A DNA stretch of 64,000 nucleotides from Patescibacteria group bacterium (GTDB lineage Bacteria > Patescibacteriota > Minisyncoccia > Moranbacterales > UBA1568): assembly GCA_038078615.1 (NCBI GenBank), contig JBBTWT010000011.1, positions 7,480 to 71,479 on the forward strand, given 5' to 3'. Positions within the stretch are counted from its first letter, which is position 1. Every line of letters begins with the position of its first letter. A model generated the notes under the pieces. That model saw only the letters and a list, made by a program, of their open reading frames with translations. It had not been told where the DNA came from and did no database searches. Of the stretch, positions 28,748 through 37,811 are shown in pieces. A program made the position numbers and the translations under genes.

Positions 28748-28751
28748 AGGA

Positions 28752-29837
28752 TTAAAATTGCCTTATAAACCTGAGATCGCCCGACATGAATAATCTGATA
28801 TCGGAAATCCTGTACTTCATCATGGCAATACGCGTCAAACCAAAGCCCCACGCAAAGCCCTGATATTTCCCGCGAGGATAGCCGGCCGCCTCAAACACCT
28901 TCTGATTCACCATACCGGCGCCGCCAAGTTCGAGCCAGCCGGACTGCTTGCACACCGGGCAGCCCTTGGCACCACACAGTATGCAACTGATATCGAACTC
29001 GAACGACGGTTCGGTGAACGGGAAAAAGCTCGGGCGCAAACGAATACTGACTTTTCCCCCAAACAGCTGGGTAAAAAAGGTTTCAGCCACATACTTGAAA
29101 TTCGCCACGTTCACATTCTCGTCCACCATCAGGCATTCGAACTGGTGGAAGGTGTGCTCATGCGAAGCGTCGGTCGCCTCATTGCGGAAGATCCTTCCAG
29201 GAATGATGATGCGGAGCGGCGGCTCGTGCGTCTCCATATAACGCACCTGTACCGGAGACGTGTGCGTGCGCATGAGCAGATGCTCTTGTTGCTTCTTGCC
29301 ACTTTTCAACCCGCCTGCTCCGCCAGCTGGCGGATTCGGCGAGGCAAGCCAGAACGTATCCTGCATATCGCGGGCCGGATGATCAGCTGGGACATTGAGC
29401 GCGTCGAAGTTGTACCATTCACTCTCCACTTCCGGTCCGTCGGCGATCGCGAATCCCATCGAAGCGAAAATGTCTTCGATCTCGTGCTCGATCCGGGTGA
29501 TCGGATGCAGATGCCCGCGAGAAACCGGCACACCGGGAGCCGTCACATCGATGCGTTCTCCTTCCCAATCGATGCCCTGTTCGAGCAATGCCGTTTTTTT
29601 CACTTCGAGCGCCTGCAGAAGCGATTGTTTCGCGGCATTGCCGAGCGGACCGACGACGCGTTTGTCTTCCGGCGACAGGTCTTTCAAGCCCTTGAGGATA
29701 TCTCCGAGCTCGCTCTTGCGGCCGAGATATCGCACCTCCCACGCGTCAAGCTCCGCTCGCGTTGTGGCGGTTTGCAGAGCCGCCTCCCCTGCTTTTCGAA
29801 TATCGATGATTTTCTCTGACAGCATAGAAATTCTCAT
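28752..29837 (-). CDS. pheS: Phenylalanine--tRNA ligase alpha subunit. The start is placed at the internal ATG at 29837; the ORF track extends it to a TTG at 29987.
   Basis: Class II aaRS motifs (FRNEATDASHEHTFHQFE; GAGMVNQKVFEAAGY). The 50-codon N-terminal extension has no counterpart in PheS. Confidence 0.85.
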   Translation of the reverse strand: MRISMLSEKIIDIRKAGEAALQTATTRAELDAWEVRYLGRKSELGDILKGLKDLSPEDKRVVGPLGNAAKQSLLQALEVKKTALLEQGIDWEGERIDVTAPGVPVSRGHLHPITRIEHEIEDIFASMGFAIADGPEVESEWYNFDALNVPADHPARDMQDTFWLASPNPPAGGAGGLKSGKKQQEHLLMRTHTSPVQVRYMETHEPPLRIIIPGRIFRNEATDASHEHTFHQFECLMVDENVNVANFKYVAETFFTQLFGGKVSIRLRPSFFPFTEPSFEFDISCILCGAKGCPVCKQSGWLELGGAGMVNQKVFEAAGYPRGKYQGFAWGFGLTRIAMMKYRISDIRLFMSGDLRFIRQF

Positions 29838-30080
29838 TTCAGTAATGGCTTCACCCAGCACCTTCCAAGATGATTCTCGATCTGCAACAGCAATGAGTTG
29901 ACTTTCAAGTTCTCTCCGACAGGATCCAACCATCATTTTCGTCGGAGGTGCTGGGTTCATTGTAACGAAAATACACTCTATGGTCAAAGCCCCGCACCAA
30001 TTCCTTGGAGAATTTCTACTTACGGTAAGATAACAGATGTATCCGCCTATCGGCTCATACTATGCCTCTCCTCAAATCTT

Positions 30081-30674
30081 TTACAAAAATTGGTGCGGGG
30101 CAAGCTCCACCGCACCCTGCCGCAGTACTTCCCAAACGCCGCCACGCAGACGCGCGACCGTCGAAGGGAGGCTCTCGCGATAGTCACCGTCCACATAGGT
30201 GGCAACTTGATCGCCGAAATAGTTTCTGGCTTCCACGACTGTGCGGGCTGGCGGCTGACCCTCCTGATTGGCACTCGGAGCGAGGAGCGGACCGGTTTTT
30301 CGTATCAACGCGCGCAGTTCCTGACCATCAGGAATGCGAAAAGCTAGCGTCTTTGTTCCTCTGTGAAGATACTCGAAGCGTTTTTCCGGACAATCAAATA
30401 CGACGCTGACTTTCCCCGGCCAGACCTTTTCGAGCGCTTTTGTGTCAGCTTCGCTCAAAGCGATCCCAAATTCCTCAAGCGCCGAGATATCATCGATGAG
30501 CAGGATGCACGGCTTGGCGACATCGCGTCCTCGGACACGATACAACCGCTCTACCGCTTCCCGTGAACGCGCCGCGCACACGATACCATAGAGCGTGTCT
30601 GTCGGTATGACAGCGAGCTGTCCCTCTCGCAAAAATCGGATAAGCTCTTCGGAAAATAACATATCAAAAGACAA
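30081..30674 (-). CDS. tsaC: L-threonylcarbamoyladenylate synthase (YrdC/TsaC family).
   Basis: LREGQLAVIPTDTLYGIVCAARSREAVERLYRVRGRDVAKPCILLI is the YrdC signature. Confidence 0.8.
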   Translation of the reverse strand: MSFDMLFSEELIRFLREGQLAVIPTDTLYGIVCAARSREAVERLYRVRGRDVAKPCILLIDDISALEEFGIALSEADTKALEKVWPGKVSVVFDCPEKRFEYLHRGTKTLAFRIPDGQELRALIRKTGPLLAPSANQEGQPPARTVVEARNYFGDQVATYVDGDYRESLPSTVARLRGGVWEVLRQGAVELAPHQFL

Positions 30675-31875
30675 GCTTCACAAAATCCTTCTTGCCGACT
30701 TTCATCACTTTGCCGTTGTCTAATTCTTTACTCAACATTCGTGACCCGACAAGAACCTTTTCATCACCGATAGTTACTCCGCCTTGTTCTATTTTCCGCC
30801 GAGCGTCTGATTTGCTCTTAGCCAGACCTATGCGTGCGATAAATGATTCGACATTTTCATATCCTTCAATGGCTGGTTCATATATGGGAGAACATTCCCG
30901 GACATCCTGCGGAACGCGCCCCTTGGAAAAAGTCTCTATGAAATACGTTTCCGCCTTTTTCGCCTCGTCGGCTCCATGATAGAGCGCCACGATTTCCTTG
31001 GCGAGCCGCACCTTCGCATCGCGCGGATTGCCGCCGGTGATGATCTCTTCCGCCATTATCCCGATTTCTTTCATCGGCACGCGCGTGCAGTGGACGAAGT
31101 ATTCCATAATGAGTTCGTCCGGAATGCTCATTATTTTTCCGAACATCTCATTCGGCGCGTCGAGCACGTTGATCGTATTGCCCCAGCTCGAGCTCATCTT
31201 GCGCCCGTCCGTCCCGAGGATGAGGTTCGTCATCAGGATATCCTGTGGCTTCTGCCCGTGCACTTCCTGAAGGCGTCGTCCGGCAAGCAGGTTGAAACGC
31301 TGGTCAGTCGCGCTTATTTCGACGTCGGCATTGACCGCGATGCTATCGAACCCCTGCATCAGCGGATAGAGCACTTCACGAAGTGATACTCTTTTTCCGG
31401 CATCCAGACGCCGTCTGATATTATCACGCGCGATAAATTCCGCGAGCGAAAATGCATTCGCCTGAATCCCGATATCCTCGTAGCCGAGCTTGTCGAGCCA
31501 GGTGGAGTTGTAATGCACTTCGGCCCGCTCGAGATCGATGATTTTCCCCGCCTGCTCCGTATACGTCTTCATATTCTCCTCGATCATCTGCGGAGAGAGC
31601 ATCGGGCGTTCGCTTTCCTTGTCGCTCGTATCGCCGATCACGCCGGTGAAGTCACCGATGATGAACACGACCGTGTGTCCGAGGTCCTGGAAATCACGCA
31701 GCTTGCGGAGCACGACTGCCCGTCCGAGATGGATATGCGGACTGGTCGGATCAACACCAAACTTGATACGGAGTATTTCTCCCGACAGCAGCCGTTTCTT
31801 CAGATGCTCGCGATCGATCACTTCGGCTACGCCGCGCGTGAGCAATTCTTCTATTTTCTGTTCCTTGATATTCAT
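30664..31875 (-). CDS. tyrS: Tyrosine--tRNA ligase with a C-terminal S4-like domain.
   Basis: HIGH-class motif (PTSPHIHLG), KMSSS (KMSKS variant), and the S4 domain. Confidence 0.9.
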   Translation of the reverse strand: MNIKEQKIEELLTRGVAEVIDREHLKKRLLSGEILRIKFGVDPTSPHIHLGRAVVLRKLRDFQDLGHTVVFIIGDFTGVIGDTSDKESERPMLSPQMIEENMKTYTEQAGKIIDLERAEVHYNSTWLDKLGYEDIGIQANAFSLAEFIARDNIRRRLDAGKRVSLREVLYPLMQGFDSIAVNADVEISATDQRFNLLAGRRLQEVHGQKPQDILMTNLILGTDGRKMSSSWGNTINVLDAPNEMFGKIMSIPDELIMEYFVHCTRVPMKEIGIMAEEIITGGNPRDAKVRLAKEIVALYHGADEAKKAETYFIETFSKGRVPQDVRECSPIYEPAIEGYENVESFIARIGLAKSKSDARRKIEQGGVTIGDEKVLVGSRMLSKELDNGKVMKVGKKDFVKLVF

Positions 31876-31902
31876 AAGATGAGATCAATCCGAATACTAC
31901 TA

Positions 31903-31954
31903 ATTATATCCTAATACCACGAAAAGATTCGGAAAATTCGGATGTACTTCGGAT
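31903..31954 (-). promoter_or_regulatory. tyrS upstream region: a -10 TATAAT plus three TTCGGA/TCCGAA repeats at about 10-bp spacing.
   Basis: rc(31903-31908) is TATAAT, about 25 nt before the tyrS ATG. TTCGGA occurs at 31928, 31938 and 31949. Confidence 0.35.
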
Positions 31955-31970
31955 CATTCGTATTGCTCTG

Positions 31971-32270
31971 TCATTTTAAACCGAACTTCGCTTTGGTCAG
32001 GCGATACTGGTCGTCGGAAATCTGCCCGGCTTTGCGCATCGCCTCAAGCGAAGAGAGTATCTCCGCCTTGTTCTTCTGGATGTTCTTCGGCGTCATGGCT
32101 TTCTTCATCGCCTTCTCGCGATCGGCCGGACTCATCTTCATCAGGCGCTTCATCGCGAAACGCTGAAACATGTTCATATCCTTCATATCAGGCGCGCCAG
32201 GAATATTCGGGAGGTCTTCCTTTTTATCTTCGTCTTTTCCGCCTTTGACGGAGAACGGATTCCATTTCAT
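31971..32270 (-). CDS. Hypothetical small protein with a Met/Lys-rich N-terminal part and a SHOCT-like C-terminus.
   Basis: 99 aa. SLEAMRKAGQISDDQYRLTKAKF resembles the SHOCT motif. Confidence 0.3.
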   Translation of the reverse strand: MKWNPFSVKGGKDEDKKEDLPNIPGAPDMKDMNMFQRFAMKRLMKMSPADREKAMKKAMTPKNIQKNKAEILSSLEAMRKAGQISDDQYRLTKAKFGLK

Positions 32271-32272
32271 AG

Positions 32273-33202
32273 TTATTTCGTTTTCATTTTATACCGAGTC
32301 ACGAGAAGCGCAGAAGCTATATAAATCGAGGAATAGGTGCCGAACGCGACGCCGGCGAAGAGTGCCACGCCGAAATACCGGATGCTCTCTCCGCCGAAGA
32401 TGATGATCGCCAGAAGCGTGATGAGCACGGTGAGCGACGTGTTGATCGAGCGGCCGAGCGTCTCGTTCAACGATCGGTTGACGGTGATCTCGAAGTCTTC
32501 CTTGCGGTGCGAGCGCATCAGGTTCTCGCGCACGCGGTCGTACACGACGATGGTGTCGTTCACCGAATAGCCGAGGATCGTGAGGAGCGCCGCGATGAAC
32601 GGCACCCCGATCTCGACGCCGTAATATCTGCCCAAAAGAACGAACAGGCCGAGCACGATCACGATATCATGCGAAAGGGCGATCACCGCTCCCAGGCCGT
32701 ATTCCCACGACGTCACGACACCGGAAACGCGCCGGAAGGCCCACGCGATATAGAGCGCGATGCCGATGATGGACAGCGCGATGCCGGAGATGGCGTTTTT
32801 CTTGATCTGGCTCGAAACCGAAGATCCTATGAAATCCGTGCGCAATTGCACGATATTCGGATCCAGAGATTGCAGCGCGGCAAGCACCTGTTCGTTCGCC
32901 GTCTCATCGGAGGCCAGATAGCGGAGCAATACCCCGCGGTCACCTGTCGGCTGTATGGTGAGGCTCTTGAGATCGAGAGCGGAGAGCTTTGCCCCGATGT
33001 CGGATACCTGCGGCGCCGGATCGAGAGCGAACCGCACCTCCGAGAGCGTCCCGCCCTTGAAATCGATGCCGAAATTGAATCCCCACAGCACGATCAACAC
33101 CACACTGGCTATCGTGACGATCCCAGAGAACCAGTACGCGTATTTCCTTTTTTGGATGATCTGCAGCATAATCCTATTCGAGTAATTTTTTTGGCGAGAC
33201 AA
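32273..33202 (-). CDS. secF: Protein translocase subunit SecF.
   Basis: DFKGGTLSEVRF and six TM helices. 29-nt overlap with secD. Confidence 0.85.
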   Translation of the reverse strand: MSRQKNYSNRIMLQIIQKRKYAYWFSGIVTIASVVLIVLWGFNFGIDFKGGTLSEVRFALDPAPQVSDIGAKLSALDLKSLTIQPTGDRGVLLRYLASDETANEQVLAALQSLDPNIVQLRTDFIGSSVSSQIKKNAISGIALSIIGIALYIAWAFRRVSGVVTSWEYGLGAVIALSHDIVIVLGLFVLLGRYYGVEIGVPFIAALLTILGYSVNDTIVVYDRVRENLMRSHRKEDFEITVNRSLNETLGRSINTSLTVLITLLAIIIFGGESIRYFGVALFAGVAFGTYSSIYIASALLVTRYKMKTK

Positions 33203-34856
33203 GGAGTTTCGGGTGCCTCTCCATCCACTCTCCGGCGATAAACATCGTCGTGATCCGCACGAGCACGACCGCGGTGAAGAGCGAGAGGAGCACGCCGAGT
33301 GCCAAGATGATCGCGAATCCCTTCACGAAGCCGGTGCCGAATGCGATCAGGATGAACGTGGTGATGAGCGTCGAGACGTGCCCGTCGCGGATGCTCGGCC
33401 AGGCGCGGCGGAACCCTTCGCCGAGGGACTTGTAGACGTTCTTTCCGTAGGAGAGCTCCTCGCGCGTCCGCTCGAAGATGAGCACGTTCGCATCCACCGC
33501 GATGCCGATCGAGAGGATGAACCCGGCGATACCGGAGAGCGTCACCGTGATGCCAAACGGCGTGAAGACGGAGAGCTTGAAGATCGCGAGCAGCATCGCG
33601 GTATAGAGAAGCAACGCGAACACAGCGATCAGACCGAGAAAACGGTAATAAAAAATCATGAAAATGGCGACCGCGCCGAGGCCGACAAGACCGGCGAACA
33701 GGCTCTGCTTGAGTGCGCTCTCGCCGAGAGATGCGTCCACGCTCTGCTGTCCGACCAGCGTGATCGGTACCGGCAAGGCGCCTTCGTTCAGGCGTTTCAC
33801 GAGGTCGTTCGCCTCCTGCATCGTGAAGTTTCCGGTGATGACCGCCTGACCCGCCAGGATCTCGCTCTGTACGGTCGGCTGGCTGATGATCTCCTTGTCA
33901 AGGAAGATGGCGACCGGTTTTCCGATGTTGCGCTTGGTGATCTCCGCGAACAATGCCGTGCCTTCGCCGTCGAATTGGAGCGCGATCTGCGGCGAGCCGA
34001 CGCCCTGGCTCTGATAATCCACATACGCGTCCTTCAGATGCTTCCCCGTCAGGCCGGTGGCCGTCCAGCCGAGTTCCGGATACTGGTCGATGGAACGCTT
34101 CAAAAACAGGATATGCGCGGCGCGCACCTCGCGATTGTCCCCTGCGCCCCGCTCATCGATCTTCTTGATGATGTGCCAGCCGAACTGACTCTCGACGAGA
34201 TCCGGATGTACCGCTCCCGATTTCAGGTTCTCTCCGAAAATCACCACGTCGAATTCCGGGACGAACGTCCCCTGCTTGGCGAAGTCCAGATCGCCGCCGT
34301 TGTCTTTCGATCCTGGGTCCTGGCTCAATTCCTTGGCGAGCGCCGAGAAATCCTCACCGCGTTTGGCACGCTCCAGGACAGTCCGCGCCTTTTCCTGCGA
34401 CGCGCGGTTCAGGTCATCGAACTGCTTCACGATATCCGAATCGTCCGCCACCGGCTCGCGGAATTCGAGGAACGGGGTCTCCTTGATCATTTTCTTGGCC
34501 TGCTCGATATCCCTCACGCCCGGCAGTTCCACGATGATACGCTGTTCCGTCCCGGATCGCGACAGCTGCACGAGCGGTTCGCCCACGCCGAACGCGTTCA
34601 CGCGCCGCTCGATGACCGCTTCCGCGGCGGAGAGGGCGTCACCGACTTTGTCGCTTTGCACCTGCGATACGTCGGCCTTGTATTCCAGATGGATACCGCC
34701 CTGCAAATCCAGTCCTTTGTTCACCTGAAGCGCATCCAAAACACCGAAAACCGGCGGCATGAACCTGACCGCGGCGGGATACGCGATGATTCCGCACACC
34801 AGGCCGAGCAGGAGCACTCCTCCGAAACGGAGACGTTTTTTCGTATGCTGTTTCAC
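33174..34856 (-). CDS. secD: Protein translocase subunit SecD with a parvulin-like insert in the periplasmic domain.
   Basis: N-terminal TM helix, a large periplasmic domain, then six TM helices (GIAVDANVLIFER). Residues about 150-255 resemble a PpiC/parvulin domain. Confidence 0.85.
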   Translation of the reverse strand: MKQHTKKRLRFGGVLLLGLVCGIIAYPAAVRFMPPVFGVLDALQVNKGLDLQGGIHLEYKADVSQVQSDKVGDALSAAEAVIERRVNAFGVGEPLVQLSRSGTEQRIIVELPGVRDIEQAKKMIKETPFLEFREPVADDSDIVKQFDDLNRASQEKARTVLERAKRGEDFSALAKELSQDPGSKDNGGDLDFAKQGTFVPEFDVVIFGENLKSGAVHPDLVESQFGWHIIKKIDERGAGDNREVRAAHILFLKRSIDQYPELGWTATGLTGKHLKDAYVDYQSQGVGSPQIALQFDGEGTALFAEITKRNIGKPVAIFLDKEIISQPTVQSEILAGQAVITGNFTMQEANDLVKRLNEGALPVPITLVGQQSVDASLGESALKQSLFAGLVGLGAVAIFMIFYYRFLGLIAVFALLLYTAMLLAIFKLSVFTPFGITVTLSGIAGFILSIGIAVDANVLIFERTREELSYGKNVYKSLGEGFRRAWPSIRDGHVSTLITTFILIAFGTGFVKGFAIILALGVLLSLFTAVVLVRITTMFIAGEWMERHPKLLVSPKKLLE

Positions 34857-34946
34857 ACCGGGAAGTACAGTCCGATATTATCCGTTCTTCGACACTTCGC
34901 AGTATATCGGAAAGCGCTTCGCAAGGCAACTGAAAGCCTTTTTTCT

Positions 34947-36719
34947 CTACATCATTTTTTTCTCTTCCAGGCGTTTCAGTATGCGTCGGATCTGCGGCAT
35001 CATGTGCGCCGCGTAGGTTTCATAGTTTTTGACGGGCGTGAGCTTCCCGCCGTCGAGGACGTAGCTCTTTGTCAGACGGATCCGCTCCAGGAAACGGCGG
35101 TCATGCGTGACGAGGAGGATCGTGCCGGCATATCCCGCGAGCGCCTCTTCGAGCGCTTCGATCGCCTCGAGATCCAGATGATTCGTCGGTTCGTCGAGAA
35201 CAAGCGCGTTCGCGCCCATCGCGGAGAGGAGCGCGAGTATCAGCCGCACGCGTTCCCCCGGACTGAACCACTCTATCTTGTCGGTCAGGATGTCCGGCGA
35301 GAATTGGAAATGCGCGAGGTGCTCCGCGACTATGACAGCGTCATAGATGCCCAGGCGATTCTTGAACAGCTGGAGCGGGGTCGTCGCGCGGGATATATTC
35401 TCGTGTTCCTGCATCAGGTATCCGAATATCAGTTTTTTGCCGCAGGTCCTCTTGCCGGCGAGCGGCGGGAGAACGCCTGCGATCGTCTTGAGGAGCGTCG
35501 ATTTGCCGGCACCGTTGTTGCCGAGGATGGCCAGGCGGTCGCCGAACGGGATCTTCAGATCGACAGGCTCGCCTACTCCGCCAGCTTGCGGATTCGGCGA
35601 GGCAAGCCCGCCCTGGAAACCGTCCTCATAGCCGAAACGCACTTTCCTCAGCGTGATGGTACTCGACTTTTCGCCTGGCTTTGCCGCAAAAGATACGATG
35701 AGCGGCTGGCGAGCGAGCGGCCGTTCGACGGTATTCAGGCGTTTCTGCCGTTCCTCCATCACCTTCGCCGACATCGTGAATTTCTTGGTGGCGCGCTCTT
35801 TCTTGAAATGCGACGCGAGCTTGTCATGATCGGGCGCCTTGCGTCCCCTGACGCGCTCCACCCAGTCCATCTTCTGTCCGGCGGACACGAGCAGGCGTTC
35901 CCGCTCTTCTTCCTGCATGCGGTATTGTTCCTTATGCTTGCGGATCAGATGAGCCTTCATCTCGGCGAAGGTGCTCCACCCTCCGGTGTACATCGCCACG
36001 TCGCGCCTGTGCCAGTCGATCTCGAGAACTTTGTCCACGACATTGTCGAGGAAGCGCCGGTCATGGGACGCGATGATACAGGTCGCGGCGGAACGGTTCA
36101 GGTAGCGTTCGAGCCACAGGAGCGCGGGCAGATCAAGATTGTTCGTCGGCTCATCGAGCAGCATGATGTCCACGCCGCAAAGCAGCACTCCGGCGAGCGC
36201 CGCTTTGCGCTTCTCCCCTCCGGAAAGTTCCGCAACCGGCCGGTCGAATCCGATGTGCGAGAGCATCAGGCCGTCGAGTACGCCCTTCGCCTTGCGCGTA
36301 AAATCATATCCGCCCAGACGCTCGTAGTCCGATCGCAGCACCTCGTATCTCTCCAGGATGTCCGGCTGATCCAGGCGCGGTTCCAATGCCGCCATCTCCC
36401 TCTCGAGATCCTCGAGCCCGGTCATGCGGCGCAGATACCCGATCAGCGTCTCAGTCCCGCTCCCCACCCGCCCGTCGCGCATACGCGCGCCATTCGGGTG
36501 AACCTCCTGCGGCAGGTATCCGATCAGGACGCGATTCGGTTTCAGGATCTCCCCTCTGTCGGGACTCTCCGTGCCGGCGATGATCCGGAGCAACGTCGAT
36601 TTGCCCGCGCCATTCTGTCCGACGAGCGCGATCTTCTGGCCTTCGCCCACGGAAAAAGACACCTTCTCGAGAACGCGCTGCGTGCCGTATATTTTCCTGA
36701 TATTCTTGAGCGTGAGCAT
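34947..36719 (-). CDS. ABC-F family ATPase with two ABC domains and no TM domain.
   Basis: Two Walker A motifs (GQNGAGKST; GNNGAGKST) and two signature motifs (LSGGEKRKAALA; FSPGERVRLILA). 590 aa. Confidence 0.85.
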   Translation of the reverse strand: MLTLKNIRKIYGTQRVLEKVSFSVGEGQKIALVGQNGAGKSTLLRIIAGTESPDRGEILKPNRVLIGYLPQEVHPNGARMRDGRVGSGTETLIGYLRRMTGLEDLEREMAALEPRLDQPDILERYEVLRSDYERLGGYDFTRKAKGVLDGLMLSHIGFDRPVAELSGGEKRKAALAGVLLCGVDIMLLDEPTNNLDLPALLWLERYLNRSAATCIIASHDRRFLDNVVDKVLEIDWHRRDVAMYTGGWSTFAEMKAHLIRKHKEQYRMQEEERERLLVSAGQKMDWVERVRGRKAPDHDKLASHFKKERATKKFTMSAKVMEERQKRLNTVERPLARQPLIVSFAAKPGEKSSTITLRKVRFGYEDGFQGGLASPNPQAGGVGEPVDLKIPFGDRLAILGNNGAGKSTLLKTIAGVLPPLAGKRTCGKKLIFGYLMQEHENISRATTPLQLFKNRLGIYDAVIVAEHLAHFQFSPDILTDKIEWFSPGERVRLILALLSAMGANALVLDEPTNHLDLEAIEALEEALAGYAGTILLVTHDRRFLERIRLTKSYVLDGGKLTPVKNYETYAAHMMPQIRRILKRLEEKKMM

Positions 36720-36746
36720 AAAAAACGTCTTGTTCTATTCGATATC

Positions 36747-36887
36747 AACCGGATTCCAGAAGTTTTTAGATGAACCGCGCCGAAGCGATTTCGCCACATG
36801 GTTCCCTGCCCGAAGTGCTGCATCGTTGCCCGCCCGCATCGTTACGCGAAGCGTTTCGGGCAGGCAGGCGGGCCTAAAAAACTTCTG
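36747..36887 (-). promoter_or_regulatory. Highly structured 5' leader of the ABC-F gene: a 21-bp inverted repeat enclosing about 100 nt with mutually exclusive helices.
   Basis: AACCGGATTCCAGAAGTTTTT (36747-36767) pairs with 36866-36887. Inside, GCCCGCC/GGCGGGC competes with CUGCCCGAA/UUCGGGCAG. Three UUCG loops lie on the minus strand. The structure ends 28 nt before the ATG at 36719. Confidence 0.45.
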
Positions 36888-37030
36888 GAATCCGGTTAAA
36901 AAGAGATGTTCCATCAGAATTTCCAAAGCAAAGAAGAATAATACAACAAAAATAATATCCTGTAAAGTGCCTGCGGAAGTTTCGAGTCCAACGGATAAAA
37001 GAATCTTTTGGCGGGTGCTCTCCCTGTTTG

Positions 37031-37111
37031 AAGAAGCGCTCTCGGTTCGGAAAAAGGAGCTTTTCCGCCGTCGATTGGGGGCTGCTTTTTCCGGCAACCG
37101 AGAGCGCTTCT
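37031..37111. repeat. 15-bp perfect inverted repeat (GAAGCGCTCTCGGTT / AACCGAGAGCGCTTC) enclosing a nested CGGAAAAAG / CTTTTTCCG stem.
   Basis: Read directly from the sequence. It lies between the NUDIX gene stop and the ABC-F leader. Confidence 0.45.
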
Positions 37112-37176
37112 GAGGCGGAGAGCAGAGACAAGAGATTGCTTTTATTCCGTTGGGCTGAAAAACACGTTCTGATTCT

Positions 37177-37797
37177 TTAGTCGCGCAGGCTCGCTTCCGC
37201 CTCCATCAGGACGCGGCGGGCGTTCTCGAATGTCACCTTGGCAAGCGCCTCCTCATACGGAAGCCAGACGGATCCGATATGCTCGTGGGAAATCCGGATG
37301 TCTCTCGTCTCGGTCTGCGCCGGATAGAAATGCACCTGCTTGAAGATCCAGATGCCGCGCCTGTTTTTCAGACGCTTCGCGCGTTCGTTGCCCTTGGCGA
37401 CATAGAAATAACGGATGCTGGTCCGCGCCGGAAATACTTGCAGATCGCGGATGCCCGTCTCCTCCTCCGTCTCGCGACAGAGCGTCATCTCCTCCGTCTC
37501 GCCGGACTCGACATGACCCTTGGCGAAATCGAAGTGTCCGCTCGGATAATGGAGCAGGAGGTAGAGCCGCCTGCCGTTCTCCATGCGGAAAATGACCGCG
37601 CCCACGGAGACTTCCCAGATGACCGGGCAGCGGAAAAATTTCAGGATATTATATACTGGCTTGATGACAGGCAAAAACATAAAAAATCCTAATAATACGC
37701 AAAGGGGAGTCCCTTCAGAGTACAATAATACGTGACGGTTGACAAAGGATGTATACTCGTATTGAATACGGTATCGCCTGCTCTCCGCAATTCGCAC
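37177..37797 (-). CDS. NUDIX hydrolase with an N-terminal hydrophobic segment.
   Basis: Canonical Nudix box GHVESGETEEMTLCRETEEETG (GX5EX7REUXEEXGU). Confidence 0.75.
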   Translation of the reverse strand: MRIAESRRYRIQYEYTSFVNRHVLLYSEGTPLCVLLGFFMFLPVIKPVYNILKFFRCPVIWEVSVGAVIFRMENGRRLYLLLHYPSGHFDFAKGHVESGETEEMTLCRETEEETGIRDLQVFPARTSIRYFYVAKGNERAKRLKNRRGIWIFKQVHFYPAQTETRDIRISHEHIGSVWLPYEEALAKVTFENARRVLMEAEASLRD

Positions 37798-37811
37798 TAT
37801 CCAAACGACCG

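Noticed and set aside
29838-30080. T-box riboswitch upstream of pheS; also upstream of tyrS at 31876-31970.
   Set aside because: No AGGGUGGNACCGCG T-box sequence or specifier-loop architecture was seen. The tyrS upstream region is only about 95 nt long.
33213-36773. 1186-aa plus-strand ORF, the longest in the track.
   Set aside because: It runs antisense across secD and the ABC-F gene. Its product is low-complexity and Arg/Asp/Glu/His-rich, with no motifs. That is the typical open antisense frame of GC-rich coding DNA.
36571-37113. 120-aa minus-strand and 180-aa plus-strand ORFs spanning the ABC-F leader.
   Set aside because: Both frames are held open by the long inverted repeats. They share the mirrored peptide KNFWNPV encoded by the palindrome arms. 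I treat the region as non-coding structured sequence.
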